From contig OZ245028.1 in the NCBI GenBank assembly GCA_965223925.1, positions 2,914,022 through 2,978,021 on the forward strand: a stretch of 64,000 nucleotides of DNA. Direction: 5' to 3'. Both the position numbers and the translations under genes were made by a program. Every line of letters starts with the position of its first letter. The stretch's first letter is position 1. Of the stretch, positions 9,208 through 18,429 are shown one piece after another. Under the pieces are notes generated by a model, which searched no databases, was not told the origin of the DNA, and worked only from the letters and a program-made list of their open reading frames with translations. This stretch comes from Longimicrobiales bacterium (GTDB lineage: Bacteria; Gemmatimonadota; Gemmatimonadetes; Longimicrobiales; Gaopeijiaceae).

Positions 9208-11817
9208 TCAGAAGGAGACGGTCGTGGTCATCGAAATCGTCCGGGCCGCGCCCAGCCAGGCCGCGTTCTCGGTAATCGCGGACAGATAGGAGTTGTCGAG
9301 CACGTTGTTCGCCACGATCGAGAAATCCATCGACCGGAACAGTGCGCTCAACGCTTCACCTCTGAAGCTGACGTAGGCGTCGACCGCCCAGTAGGCGTCG
9401 GTGTACCAGTCCGCCGTCAGACTGACTCGGCGCGATGCCGTGTACTTGGCAGACAGCCCGCCACCCAGAGGTCCGGCGCGGTCGAGGGACACCACCCACA
9501 GCCGAGGCGGTACGCCCGCAACGTCAGTACCCGGGACGATGCCCTGGCTGGCGTCAACAAGCGGATCGTCGGTTCCGACGTACTTCGAGTCGTTGAGCGT
9601 CAAAGCGGTATAGAGCGATGTCCGATCCGACATTGCTATGGTCGCGGCCAACTCGACACCACTCGTTTCGATCCCGCCCGCGTTGAAGTAGCCTCCCCCT
9701 CCGGGGATGAGGTAGTTGGGTCCCGCGGGCGTCTGAGGGCCGAGGTAGAAGATCCGGTTGTCAAAATCGATGGAGTACATGGTGGCGCTCAGCGCGAGCC
9801 GCTCGCCGGCGTACTGAACCCCGACATCGATGTTCGACGCGGTCTCGGGCTCCAGGAGGTCCAAACTCCTACCCGGTACCTCGAGCAACGTGCTGCCGAT
9901 AGCCCTGAAGTTCTCGGCGTAGCCCACGAACAAGTCGAGACCCTCCACCGGCGTATCGTACGTGACGCCGCCGGAGAAGAGCACATCCGAATCGGAATCG
10001 ACACCAAGGTCCGGATCAAAGCCGAACTGGTCCTCGCGCGACACGGAGACAAGGTACTGCTTGACGCCGCCAGTCAGTTCGAACCGGCCGAAGTACAGCG
10101 TCTCTTCCAGGTACCACTTGAAGACGTCCTGCGGGAATTCCCACTCGTACTGGTGCCAGTAGGGCTGCTCGTCCCACTTGAAGTTGAGCGCCGGGTCCAG
10201 CATCCGGTGCCAGTCGCGGCCGAGGTCGCGCCGCGAGTCCTCGTACCAGATGCCCGCCCGCAGCCCGCTGCCCCCTCCCCCGCCAAACAAGACGGACCAC
10301 TCCCCGTCGATGGTGACGCCAAGGCGCTTCTTCCCGTAATGGCTGTGGCGGTACGACTGAACTGCGGACGCCCCCGGGTGGCATGCCGGGTCGACCGCCG
10401 GGCCGCCCGACCCGTAGTAGTTGAAGATGTAGGACGACGTGCAGCCCGGCACCGGTCCAACGGCGACGCCATTGCTGTCCACGAAGCGGACTACCCCGAG
10501 CTGCGTGCCGCCGCGCACCGGCCCGAGGCCCGCCAGCTCCGATTCCGGCCCATCCCCGTCGTCCACCAGGTCCACGATGTAGGGGGGCAACCAGTCGCCA
10601 CGGCCCCGGTTGTCATGATGGTACGCGCCCGCGCTCAGGGAGATCAACTCGCTGAGGGACCAATCGGCCTTGAGATAGGCAAGCGTGTTCTTGCGCCGCG
10701 TCTGCCAGCCGGGGCGATAGAACTGGTTCAGGTAGGGCACGCCGGGCCAGTGGCCGATCAGCCGGTCCCAGCGCGGGTCGGCCCTGAAGTCCGCCTCGCT
10801 GTAGAGCCGTTGGTAGACATCCTCGTGGATGTCGTCGTGCGAGATGTAGCCGGTGAGATCGAGAGGTCCTTGCGAAAACACTAGCTTGGCGGCGAGGTGC
10901 TCCCGCTCGTTCCTTGCGGAGCCCTCCATCCAGTCGGTCGCCTCCTGCCGGATCGCGGCGACCCAGGCCCGCGTCGTGCCGCCGAACAACGATCCGGTCT
11001 CGACCCGCGCGGCGAAGCGCTGGCCCTCGTTCTCGCCGATCGTGACGGACGCCGTGTGGCTCCGCTCCGCCGCCGGGTCGGCCGTCAGGAAATTGAACGT
11101 GCCGCCCAGCGCCTCGACCGACCGGGAGGCGATGTCGGCGGTCCCCTGCGACACCTCGACGCCGCCGAGATTCATCGGGTCGACGAACCGGTTCGCCTTC
11201 GCTCCGCTCCAGTAATCCGACGTGCCATTGGGGAATCCGTCGATGGTGGTGCCGATCTGTACATCGTTGATGGTCGACTGGAACCCGCGCATGGCGACGT
11301 TGCTCGACCAGTCGTCAAAGGCGTACGCGTCCCCCTCCTGGACGGATACGCCGGGAAGGTTGTCGACCACCGACGTCACGGCGGTGATGTTCGACTGCTG
11401 TCTGATCATCGGCTCCGCGACGAAATTGCGCGCGAACACCGTGGGCTCCTCCGCCACCACGCTCAGCGGATCGAGCCGGAAAGCGGGCTCCAGAACGATT
11501 GGGACCGTTTCGATGGCGCCCGCCCGGACCGAGACCTGAAGCTCCCAGGCCGCATAGCCGAACAGAGCGGCGGTTACGACGTAGGCGCCGACGGGGAGAC
11601 CGGCGAATTCGTAGGTGCCCTCGGCCTCCGTGACGACTTCCTCGCCCACGCCGGAACCGGTTGCGGTCACCAGGACATCGGGCAAGGCGTTGCCGCTTGC
11701 GTCAACGACCGTGCCCCTGATCGTTCCGGTTTGCTGGGCAGTCGCCGCCGCCGCGGTCAAAAACGACAGCAGCAAAGCGGGGATGGTGAGTCGGCCAACA
11801 CGATTTGGATGCGACAT
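9208..11817 (-). CDS. TonB-dependent outer-membrane receptor with an N-terminal carboxypeptidase-regulatory-like domain.
   Basis: Signal peptide followed by GTIRGTVVDASGNALPDVLVTA. Plug-like region, long beta-barrel, terminal ...TTTVSF. Confidence 0.9.
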   Translation of the reverse strand: MSHPNRVGRLTIPALLLSFLTAAAATAQQTGTIRGTVVDASGNALPDVLVTATGSGVGEEVVTEAEGTYEFAGLPVGAYVVTAALFGYAAWELQVSVRAGAIETVPIVLEPAFRLDPLSVVAEEPTVFARNFVAEPMIRQQSNITAVTSVVDNLPGVSVQEGDAYAFDDWSSNVAMRGFQSTINDVQIGTTIDGFPNGTSDYWSGAKANRFVDPMNLGGVEVSQGTADIASRSVEALGGTFNFLTADPAAERSHTASVTIGENEGQRFAARVETGSLFGGTTRAWVAAIRQEATDWMEGSARNEREHLAAKLVFSQGPLDLTGYISHDDIHEDVYQRLYSEADFRADPRWDRLIGHWPGVPYLNQFYRPGWQTRRKNTLAYLKADWSLSELISLSAGAYHHDNRGRGDWLPPYIVDLVDDGDGPESELAGLGPVRGGTQLGVVRFVDSNGVAVGPVPGCTSSYIFNYYGSGGPAVDPACHPGASAVQSYRHSHYGKKRLGVTIDGEWSVLFGGGGGSGLRAGIWYEDSRRDLGRDWHRMLDPALNFKWDEQPYWHQYEWEFPQDVFKWYLEETLYFGRFELTGGVKQYLVSVSREDQFGFDPDLGVDSDSDVLFSGGVTYDTPVEGLDLFVGYAENFRAIGSTLLEVPGRSLDLLEPETASNIDVGVQYAGERLALSATMYSIDFDNRIFYLGPQTPAGPNYLIPGGGGYFNAGGIETSGVELAATIAMSDRTSLYTALTLNDSKYVGTDDPLVDASQGIVPGTDVAGVPPRLWVVSLDRAGPLGGGLSAKYTASRRVSLTADWYTDAYWAVDAYVSFRGEALSALFRSMDFSIVANNVLDNSYLSAITENAAWLGAARTISMTTTVSF

Positions 11818-11953
11818 TTTAGGTTCCCCTTACGTCAATTTCTGTTCATCCTATGGGTGGCACTTCGGGCTGGTCAATAGAACGGAAACTTCGGGCGACG
11901 CCCCCACCACCGTCTTTGGCATGGTGCTCGGACGGATCTTTTGAACAGCGCCG

Positions 11954-13216
11954 GTGCTATGTAGACTTTCGCACGCACCATGCGCGACCAGGGGGTTGGG
12001 TCGCCGGCGTGCGCCCCACCAAGGCCTGAGACCGTTGCAATCCATCAATCGACGCGACTTCGTTCGCCGCGTGGGCGGCCTGGCGGGGCTCGGCCTGATC
12101 TCCTGCTCAAGCCCGCTCGACCCCGAAGACACCCCCGGAACACTGCCCCCGGCCGACCGGCCGCTGAGGATTGTTGTGATCGGCGCCGGCATGTCCGGCC
12201 TGGTCGCGGCCTATGAACTCTCCCGGGCCGGGCACGAGGTGACCGTGCTGGAGGCCCGCGAACGCGTCGGAGGGCGCGTCCTGACCCTGCGCTCCCCGTT
12301 TGCCTCCGGACACTCCGTCGAGGCGGGCGCCGCACGCATTCCCCCGGAGCATGACCTGACCCTGGGATACGCACGCCACTTTGGACTGGAACTGGACCGA
12401 TTCTACCCGGAAGCCGGGCTCTACCTCCGGTTCCAGGACGGCGCGCGGACAACGATTCCGCCGAATTCATTTCTCTCCGAATGGCCGGACTTCGTGAAGA
12501 TCCGAGGCGGGAGCGACCGCTTGCCTGCCGCCTTTGCAGCCGCGCTGGGCGGACGCGTCGTCACGTCATCTCCCGCGACCGACATCGTTGCCGGGAGCAC
12601 GGTCCGCACGACGTCTCGCGACGGCCGAAGCTACGAATCGGACAGGGTTCTGGTGACCGTTCCGGTGCCTCTGCTCTCCAGCATCCGCTTTTCGCCGGCT
12701 CTCTCCCCTGCAAAGACCGAGGCGATGAACGGGGGTTTCCGCTACCAGAGTGCCACGCGCGTATTCGTCCGCTTTCGTACGCGGTTCTGGGAGGGCGAAG
12801 ACCTGAACGGTTGGGGGACGACCGACTGGCCCGAAGAACTCTGGCATCCCACCTGGGACACGCCGGGCCCCGAAGGCGTTCTGCTCACGTACGTGCGAGG
12901 CACCCTCGCAAACGAACTCGATGGAATGGATGGCGATGCCCGCGTCGCCCGCGTACTCGCCCACTGGGAGGAGTTCCTGCCGGGTGCCTCCGGTCACTTC
13001 GCGTCCGGCACGTCACACTCGTGGCAACGGGACCCCTGGAGCCGTGCCGCCTGGGCTGAGCCCACGCCGACCCAGGACAACCAACTCGCCGGCGCGCTCG
13101 CCCGGCCCGAAGGACCGCTGCATTTTGCCGGTGAGCATGTGTCGGGAGCCCGGGGATGGATGAACGGGGCCATCGAGTCGGGTCTGCGGGCCACGATGGA
13201 GATTCATTCGGGGTGA
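11954..13216 (+). CDS. FAD-dependent amine oxidase (flavin monoamine-oxidase family) with a twin-arginine export signal.
   Basis: Dinucleotide-binding motif RIVVIGAGMSGLVAAYELSRAGHEVTVLEARERVGGRV. Tat-like SINRRDFVRRVGGLAGLGLISC. The true start is probably the in-frame TTG at 12035, giving MQSINRRDF... Confidence 0.8.
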   Translation: MLCRLSHAPCATRGLGRRRAPHQGLRPLQSINRRDFVRRVGGLAGLGLISCSSPLDPEDTPGTLPPADRPLRIVVIGAGMSGLVAAYELSRAGHEVTVLEARERVGGRVLTLRSPFASGHSVEAGAARIPPEHDLTLGYARHFGLELDRFYPEAGLYLRFQDGARTTIPPNSFLSEWPDFVKIRGGSDRLPAAFAAALGGRVVTSSPATDIVAGSTVRTTSRDGRSYESDRVLVTVPVPLLSSIRFSPALSPAKTEAMNGGFRYQSATRVFVRFRTRFWEGEDLNGWGTTDWPEELWHPTWDTPGPEGVLLTYVRGTLANELDGMDGDARVARVLAHWEEFLPGASGHFASGTSHSWQRDPWSRAAWAEPTPTQDNQLAGALARPEGPLHFAGEHVSGARGWMNGAIESGLRATMEIHSG

Positions 13217-13304
13217 TCGTTGAGCCATCAGAGCGCTAGCCACCACACCGCCCATTACGTACGATGCGTTCAGCTCTCGCCTACCGAAACCCGGAGGAAA
13301 CACC

Positions 13305-15101
13305 ATGAAGACCGCCCTGTTCGTCGGAGCCCTGCTCCTCACATCGACCGGTGTCACGGCTCAGCAGCGTCCGGAGCGCGACCCGAACAGCATGGGAGGC
13401 GGCAACTGCGCGGCCAACGTCTACAACTGCCGGGACACCCCGAACCCGCTTCCCGCCCCGAACACGGTCTGGATCGAGGAGATGACGTGGATGGACGTCC
13501 GCGATGCCCTGGCGGACGGCAAGCCCACGGCCATCGTCCCCACCGGCGGTGTCGAACCCAACGGCCCATGGCTCGCCACCGGCAAGCACAACTTCGTGCT
13601 CCGCGCCAACTGTGACGCCATCGCCCGTGAGCTGGGCGACGCCCTCTGCGCTCCGATCATCAAGCTGGTGCCCGAAGGCAACATCGACCCGCCCGGCGGC
13701 CACATGACCAGCCCCGGCACCCTCAGCCTGCGCCAGGAGACCTTCGAAGCGCTGCTGACCGATGTCGCCCACAGCCTGAAGATGCACGGCTTTCGCAACA
13801 TCATCTTCATCGGCGACAGCGGCGGAAATCAGGGCGGACAGCGTGCCGTGGCCGAGAGGCTCAACGGGAAGTTCGCGGGCGCGGCCATCGTGGCGCACGT
13901 GCAGGAGTACTACGACTACAACTCGGTGACCCGCTACATGGCTTTTCGCGGGCTGGAAGACGGCGAGGGCGACGGCCTCCACGACGACCCGATCATCACC
14001 TTGAACATGCTCTACGACGATCCCTTCTCGGTACGCTACGAGGAGCGGGTCGCGGCGGGCAAGGCGACCATCAACGGTGTCTCGATCGAGGACCGGGTTC
14101 AGTCGCTGGAGCTGGCCCGCGAGATCGTGGCGTTCCGTGCCGAGCATACGGCTCAGGCGATCCGCACCGCGATCGCCAACCGCGGCACGCTGCCGGCGCC
14201 CGACCGATCCGGTCAATTCGCGGCCATGCGGCGAGCGGGCGGTGGTCAGCAGCAGCGTCCGGGCGGCGGTCAGCGCCCCGCCCCGGATCCCCGCTCGATG
14301 GGAGGCGGCAACTGCAGCGCCAACATGTACAACTGCGCGGACACACCGAACCCGTTGCCGAAGGTCAACACCGTCTGGATCGAGAAGATGACCTGGATGG
14401 ACGTCCGCGACGCACTCGCCGACGGCAAGACGACCGCCATCATCTCGACCGGGGGCGTCGAGCCCAACGGCCCCTGGCTGGTCACCGGCAAGCACAACTA
14501 CGTGCTGCGCGCCAACTGCCCCGCGATCGCACGCAAGCTCGGCAACGCGCTCTGCGCACCCGTGATCGAGACCGTCCCCGAAGGCAACATCGATCCGCCC
14601 AGCGGACACATGACCAGCCCGGGCACCATCAGCCTGCGCCAGGAAACCTTCGAGGCGGTGCTGACGGATGTCGCACACAGCCTGAAGATGCACGGCTTCG
14701 AGAACATCGTCCTGATCGGCGACAGCGGCGGGAACCAGAGCGGCATGGAGAACGTGGCGGGCGCCCTGACCGAGGCATGGGACGGCGAGGCCGCCGTCAT
14801 CTTCATCCCGGAATACTACCGGACCCCGCCGGGCACCCCTAACGTGCTGCGCGACCTGGGCATCGTCACCGACGACATGCCCGGCGACGGGCTGCACGAC
14901 AGCCCGGGCATCACGTTGAACATGATGCTCGACGATCCGGCTTCGGTGCGATGGGCCGAACGGGTGAAGACCGGCCAAGCGGTCATCAACGGGGTCTCCA
15001 TCGCCGATCTGGGCAAGTCGCTGGAGATCGCGCGCCTGATTTCGGACGCGCGTACCGAGCGCACTGCGCGTCTGATCGAGGAAAGGATCGCGAACCGCTA
15101 G
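13305..15101 (+). CDS. Secreted protein made of two tandem creatininase-family domains (internal duplication).
   Basis: GGAGG-type RBS and signal peptide MKTALFVGALLLTSTGVTAQ. Two roughly 280-aa halves each contain MGGGNC.AN.YNC.DTPNPLP..NTVWIE.MTWMDVRDALADGK.TAI..TGGVEPNGPWL.TGKHN.VLRANC ... GDSGGNQ. Confidence 0.85.
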   Translation: MKTALFVGALLLTSTGVTAQQRPERDPNSMGGGNCAANVYNCRDTPNPLPAPNTVWIEEMTWMDVRDALADGKPTAIVPTGGVEPNGPWLATGKHNFVLRANCDAIARELGDALCAPIIKLVPEGNIDPPGGHMTSPGTLSLRQETFEALLTDVAHSLKMHGFRNIIFIGDSGGNQGGQRAVAERLNGKFAGAAIVAHVQEYYDYNSVTRYMAFRGLEDGEGDGLHDDPIITLNMLYDDPFSVRYEERVAAGKATINGVSIEDRVQSLELAREIVAFRAEHTAQAIRTAIANRGTLPAPDRSGQFAAMRRAGGGQQQRPGGGQRPAPDPRSMGGGNCSANMYNCADTPNPLPKVNTVWIEKMTWMDVRDALADGKTTAIISTGGVEPNGPWLVTGKHNYVLRANCPAIARKLGNALCAPVIETVPEGNIDPPSGHMTSPGTISLRQETFEAVLTDVAHSLKMHGFENIVLIGDSGGNQSGMENVAGALTEAWDGEAAVIFIPEYYRTPPGTPNVLRDLGIVTDDMPGDGLHDSPGITLNMMLDDPASVRWAERVKTGQAVINGVSIADLGKSLEIARLISDARTERTARLIEERIANR

Positions 15102-15140
15102 CGAGCCACCCCGGATTGGGCGCGCCGGACCCCTGCCACT

Positions 15141-15890
15141 TCAATTCGCGGCCCGTGCCGCAGGCGCGAACTTCCGCCGGTAGTACCCGGTCCAGATCAC
15201 GATGGCCGGAATGCCGATGACCGTCGGCAGGAGCCATGGCACGACCGCGAGCGGCCCCGCAAGTTCGTAGGCCCACAGCCGCTGCGCCCCGAAAACGATG
15301 AACGCGGTGTGGAAGGCGATGCCGCCCCCGAGCATCGACCCCATGTGGCTGTAGAACCAGCCCATGTGCTGCCCACCGGGCCCGCGCATCAGCCGCAGCA
15401 TGCCCCGCCCGGTGAAGAGGCCGATCGGGCTCAGTCCGAGCAGGATCGGCGAGATGTCGGACCACACCCCCAGCGCGAACGCGATGACGGTGACGCTGCC
15501 GGCGATGGACGCCCAGGCGAGCGCCTCGTGGACCGGGGTCCGCAGCATCTCCGGCGCCCTGCGCGTGGCCACGACCCGGATCGCCTGCCGCACCGTGGCG
15601 AGGGTAACCACCCCGAGATATCCCAGGAACAGGGCGATACCGTAGAGGTCGGGCCGATCCGTGAAGCCGATGCCTTGAATCTGGTAGGAGATGATCCGTC
15701 CGGCCGATGCGGTGACCGCCGACAGCGTCACGACGTAGGCGCTGTAGGTGAAGACCCGACCGGCCCGCACATGCGCCCGTCCCCCCTTGCGCGCAAACAC
15801 GGGGACCCAGAACGCCGCAAGGCCGACGAACCCTGTGGTGACGTGCGCCCAGATGAGAACGTCGAACAGCATGGCCACGAGGGTCGTCAT
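15141..15890 (-). CDS. Multi-pass integral membrane protein of unknown function, translationally coupled to the PadR gene.
   Basis: Hydrophobic helices run throughout (MTTLVAMLFDVLIWAHVTTGFVGLAAFWVPVF...). Its ATG at 15890 overlaps the PadR stop (ATGA). The upstream extension in the ORF track is Arg/Gly-rich and implausible. Confidence 0.6.
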   Translation of the reverse strand: MTTLVAMLFDVLIWAHVTTGFVGLAAFWVPVFARKGGRAHVRAGRVFTYSAYVVTLSAVTASAGRIISYQIQGIGFTDRPDLYGIALFLGYLGVVTLATVRQAIRVVATRRAPEMLRTPVHEALAWASIAGSVTVIAFALGVWSDISPILLGLSPIGLFTGRGMLRLMRGPGGQHMGWFYSHMGSMLGGGIAFHTAFIVFGAQRLWAYELAGPLAVVPWLLPTVIGIPAIVIWTGYYRRKFAPAARAAN

Positions 15891-16525
15891 GACGGAAAGC
15901 CCTCCCGGTCGTTCGACTCGGCACCCGCCGCGGCCTCGCACCGGGGCATGGCCGCGAGCCGCCGGTCGATAGCCGCCAGTGTTTCGTCGCACCAGGCCAC
16001 CTTCGACCCGATGGAATGAATGCCCATTCGGAGCGCCGCGAACTGGTGGAAGCCGGCGTCGCTGTAACGCTCGGGTGCGTCGCCGTAGGTGGCGATGACG
16101 TCCCGTTCGACCGCCCGCAGTTGGTCGAGCCAGAGCGACAGGTGGGCTCGCAGAGAAGTCATGAACGTACGGGTCTGGTGGAGATCACCGATCACGTCCA
16201 TGAAGTAGAGCTGAGCCAGGTACGCAAACCGCTCGGTGCCGATGGCCGGCCCGCCGCGCAGCCAGCGCAGCAGCTCGGTCCGGCCCTCATCCGTCAGCGA
16301 GTAGATCCGGCGGTTCGGCCCCCTGGTAGACGGCTCGACCCGGCTGCGGAGCATCCGTCGCTGCTCGAGACGCTTGAGGGTTGGGTAGATCTGGCTCAGC
16401 TCGGCAGACCAGAAGTGCCGCACGCTCTCGCTGAACGCGTTCTTCAGGTCGTACCCGGTGGCCGGCTCGCGCAGCAGGCCGAGGAGGATGTGGTCGAGGC
16501 TCATGTCAGGTGTGGTCGAGGCCAT
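15887..16525 (-). CDS. PadR-family transcriptional regulator.
   Basis: LLGLLREPATGYDLKNAF....FWSAELSQIYPTLKRLEQRRML...RIYSLTDEGRTELLRWL is the PadR winged-helix signature. Confidence 0.85.
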   Translation of the reverse strand: MASTTPDMSLDHILLGLLREPATGYDLKNAFSESVRHFWSAELSQIYPTLKRLEQRRMLRSRVEPSTRGPNRRIYSLTDEGRTELLRWLRGGPAIGTERFAYLAQLYFMDVIGDLHQTRTFMTSLRAHLSLWLDQLRAVERDVIATYGDAPERYSDAGFHQFAALRMGIHSIGSKVAWCDETLAAIDRRLAAMPRCEAAAGAESNDREGFPS

Positions 16526-16742
16526 GTTACTATGACAATGATGATATAGTTACTGTATAGACTACGTCATAGCGTGTCAAGCAACGCACACCGGGCCGCG
16601 TTGGAGGGAGCCGGCTGAGCGCGAGTATCCCGTGGGCCGAGTCAAGCCCCGCAGCTCGCGACACACCATTGCGGAAATGGGCCATGGAATGACTAGATTG
16701 GCACCATTCCAACACCGAGCCACCTTCGGAAACGAGACCAGC

Positions 16743-17063
16743 ATGGCCAAGTACATGTTCCGAACCAGCTACACGCAATCCGGTCTGAATGGGCTGCTCG
16801 CCGAGGGCGGCACCGGCCGGGAAGCTGCCCTGCGTCAGACAATTGAGGGCGCGGGCGGCAGCCTGGAGGGGTTCTACTACGCCTTCGGCGATTGCGACCT
16901 CTATCTGATCGCCGACCTGCCCGACGAGGCGACGGCGACGGCGCTCTCCCTCAGAATCGCCGCTGCGGGTGCGCTGACGGTAACCGTGACCGTTCTGCTC
17001 ACCCCGGAGACCGTGGACGAAGCAGTAGGGAAGTCTGTCCCGTACCGGTTGCCTGGCGCCTGA
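16743..17063 (+). CDS. GYD-domain protein.
   Basis: MAKYMFRTSYTQSGLNGLLAEGGTGREAALRQTIEGAGGSLEGFYYAFGDCDLYLIADLPDE resembles the GYD family. The ATG at 16743 was chosen over the longer ORF start. Confidence 0.7.
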   Translation: MAKYMFRTSYTQSGLNGLLAEGGTGREAALRQTIEGAGGSLEGFYYAFGDCDLYLIADLPDEATATALSLRIAAAGALTVTVTVLLTPETVDEAVGKSVPYRLPGA

Positions 17064-17094
17064 AGTACCGCGACCACCGCGCCAAGACGGGCGG

Positions 17095-18429
17095 ATGACC
17101 CGGGCCGAGGCCAAGCCCGCCCTTCGTACCGGCGAGTTCGTTTCCCTCGTCGCCCTGTTGATGTCGCTCGTCGCGCTCTCGATCGACGCGATGTTGCCGG
17201 CGTTGCCCGAGATCGGCCGCGACCTCGGGGCGCTGCGCAGGAACGACACCCAGTTCGTCATCACGGCTGTGTTCCTGGGGCTTGGCCTCGGCCAGATCCT
17301 CTTCGGCCCGCTCTCCGACCGCATCGGACGCAGGCCTGCCATACACACCGGCCTCGCCGTGTTCATGGGCGGATGCCTTGTGAGCATCTTCGCGCCCACC
17401 TTCGAGGTGATGATCGCGGGCCGTGTCCTGCAAGGCATCGGGGTCGCGGGACCGCGCATCGTGACCATCGCCATGGTGCGCGATCAGTACGAAGGCCGCC
17501 GAATGGCCCGTCTCATGTCGTTCGCAATGTCGGTGTTCATCCTCGTTCCCACCATCGCTCCGGCGCTCGGCCAGGGGATCCTGTGGCTCGGAGGCTGGCG
17601 CGCGATATTCGCCGCCATCTTTACCATCGCCGCGATCGCGTTGACCTGGTTTGCGCTTCGCCAGCCGGAGACCCTGCCCGCCGCCCACCGCCGGCCCTTC
17701 TCCCCACGGGACATCGGCGGCGCCGTTCTGGAAGTTTTGAAAACCCGGGCCGCGCTCGGATACACCCTCGCCACCGGATGCGTGTTCGCGCCGTTCCTCG
17801 CCTACCTGAGCTCGGCCCAGCAGATCTTCCAGGATGCCTACCAGACCGGCGCGCTCTTCCCGCTCTGGTTCGGAGTGCTCTCTCTCTCCTTCGGGTGCGC
17901 CTCGCTCGTGAACGGCCGACTGGTGATGAAGCATGGGATGCGCCGCCTCTCGAGGGCGGCGACGGTGTGCATCACATTGGGTTCGGCCGCCGCGTGGGCG
18001 CTGGCCTTCGCCTTCGAAGGGCTTCCTCCATTCTGGCTCTTCATGGCCTACCTGCTCGCCGCCTTCTTCTGCATCGGCCTCCTCTTCGGGAACCTCAATG
18101 CGCTCGCGATGCAGCCTCTGGGCCACATCGCGGGGGTGGGAGCGGCAGTGGTCGCTTCGCTCACCACGTTCATCGGGGTGCCGCTCGGCGCGCTCGTGGG
18201 CCAGAGCTTCGACGGCACGATGTACGCGCAGATTGGTGCCTTTGCGGTGTTTGGAGCGGGGACGCTTGCGGCTACGGGGTGGGCAGAGGGGGGTGGCGGA
18301 TCCTCAGCGATCGTCAGCCGGCCCTCGAGACCCCCGCGGCAGCGTCCCGGAGTCGGGCCCCGGTTCCCGCGCAGCCCGTGGCAGCGTGTCAACCTGGACA
18401 TCGGCCGCAGCGGCGGCGCGCGGAAGTGA
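17095..18429 (+). CDS. MFS transporter, Bcr/CflA-type drug-efflux family.
   Basis: 12-TM pattern. SLVALSIDAMLPALPEIGRDLG and LGLGQILFGPLSDRIGRRP are characteristic motifs. Confidence 0.8.
   Translation: MTRAEAKPALRTGEFVSLVALLMSLVALSIDAMLPALPEIGRDLGALRRNDTQFVITAVFLGLGLGQILFGPLSDRIGRRPAIHTGLAVFMGGCLVSIFAPTFEVMIAGRVLQGIGVAGPRIVTIAMVRDQYEGRRMARLMSFAMSVFILVPTIAPALGQGILWLGGWRAIFAAIFTIAAIALTWFALRQPETLPAAHRRPFSPRDIGGAVLEVLKTRAALGYTLATGCVFAPFLAYLSSAQQIFQDAYQTGALFPLWFGVLSLSFGCASLVNGRLVMKHGMRRLSRAATVCITLGSAAAWALAFAFEGLPPFWLFMAYLLAAFFCIGLLFGNLNALAMQPLGHIAGVGAAVVASLTTFIGVPLGALVGQSFDGTMYAQIGAFAVFGAGTLAATGWAEGGGGSSAIVSRPSRPPRQRPGVGPRFPRSPWQRVNLDIGRSGGARK

Noticed and set aside
9088-11880. Long plus-strand ORFs 9088..10884 and 10897..11880.
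   Set aside because: They are antisense to a well-supported TonB-dependent receptor, and their composition is Arg/Gly/Val-rich with no motifs.
13281-14978. 565-aa minus-strand ORF.
   Set aside because: It is antisense to the duplicated creatininase-family gene, which has an RBS, a signal peptide and conserved motifs.
16530-18126. Minus-strand ORFs 16530..17474 and 16999..18126.
   Set aside because: They are antisense to the GYD and MFS genes and have an Arg/Gly/Glu-rich composition.
18304-18429. The 126-bp convergent overlap of the MFS and HEAT-repeat gene ends, considered as a regulatory antisense arrangement.
   Set aside because: Both tails are low-complexity and probably non-functional read-through to the first stop. 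There is no specific evidence for regulation.
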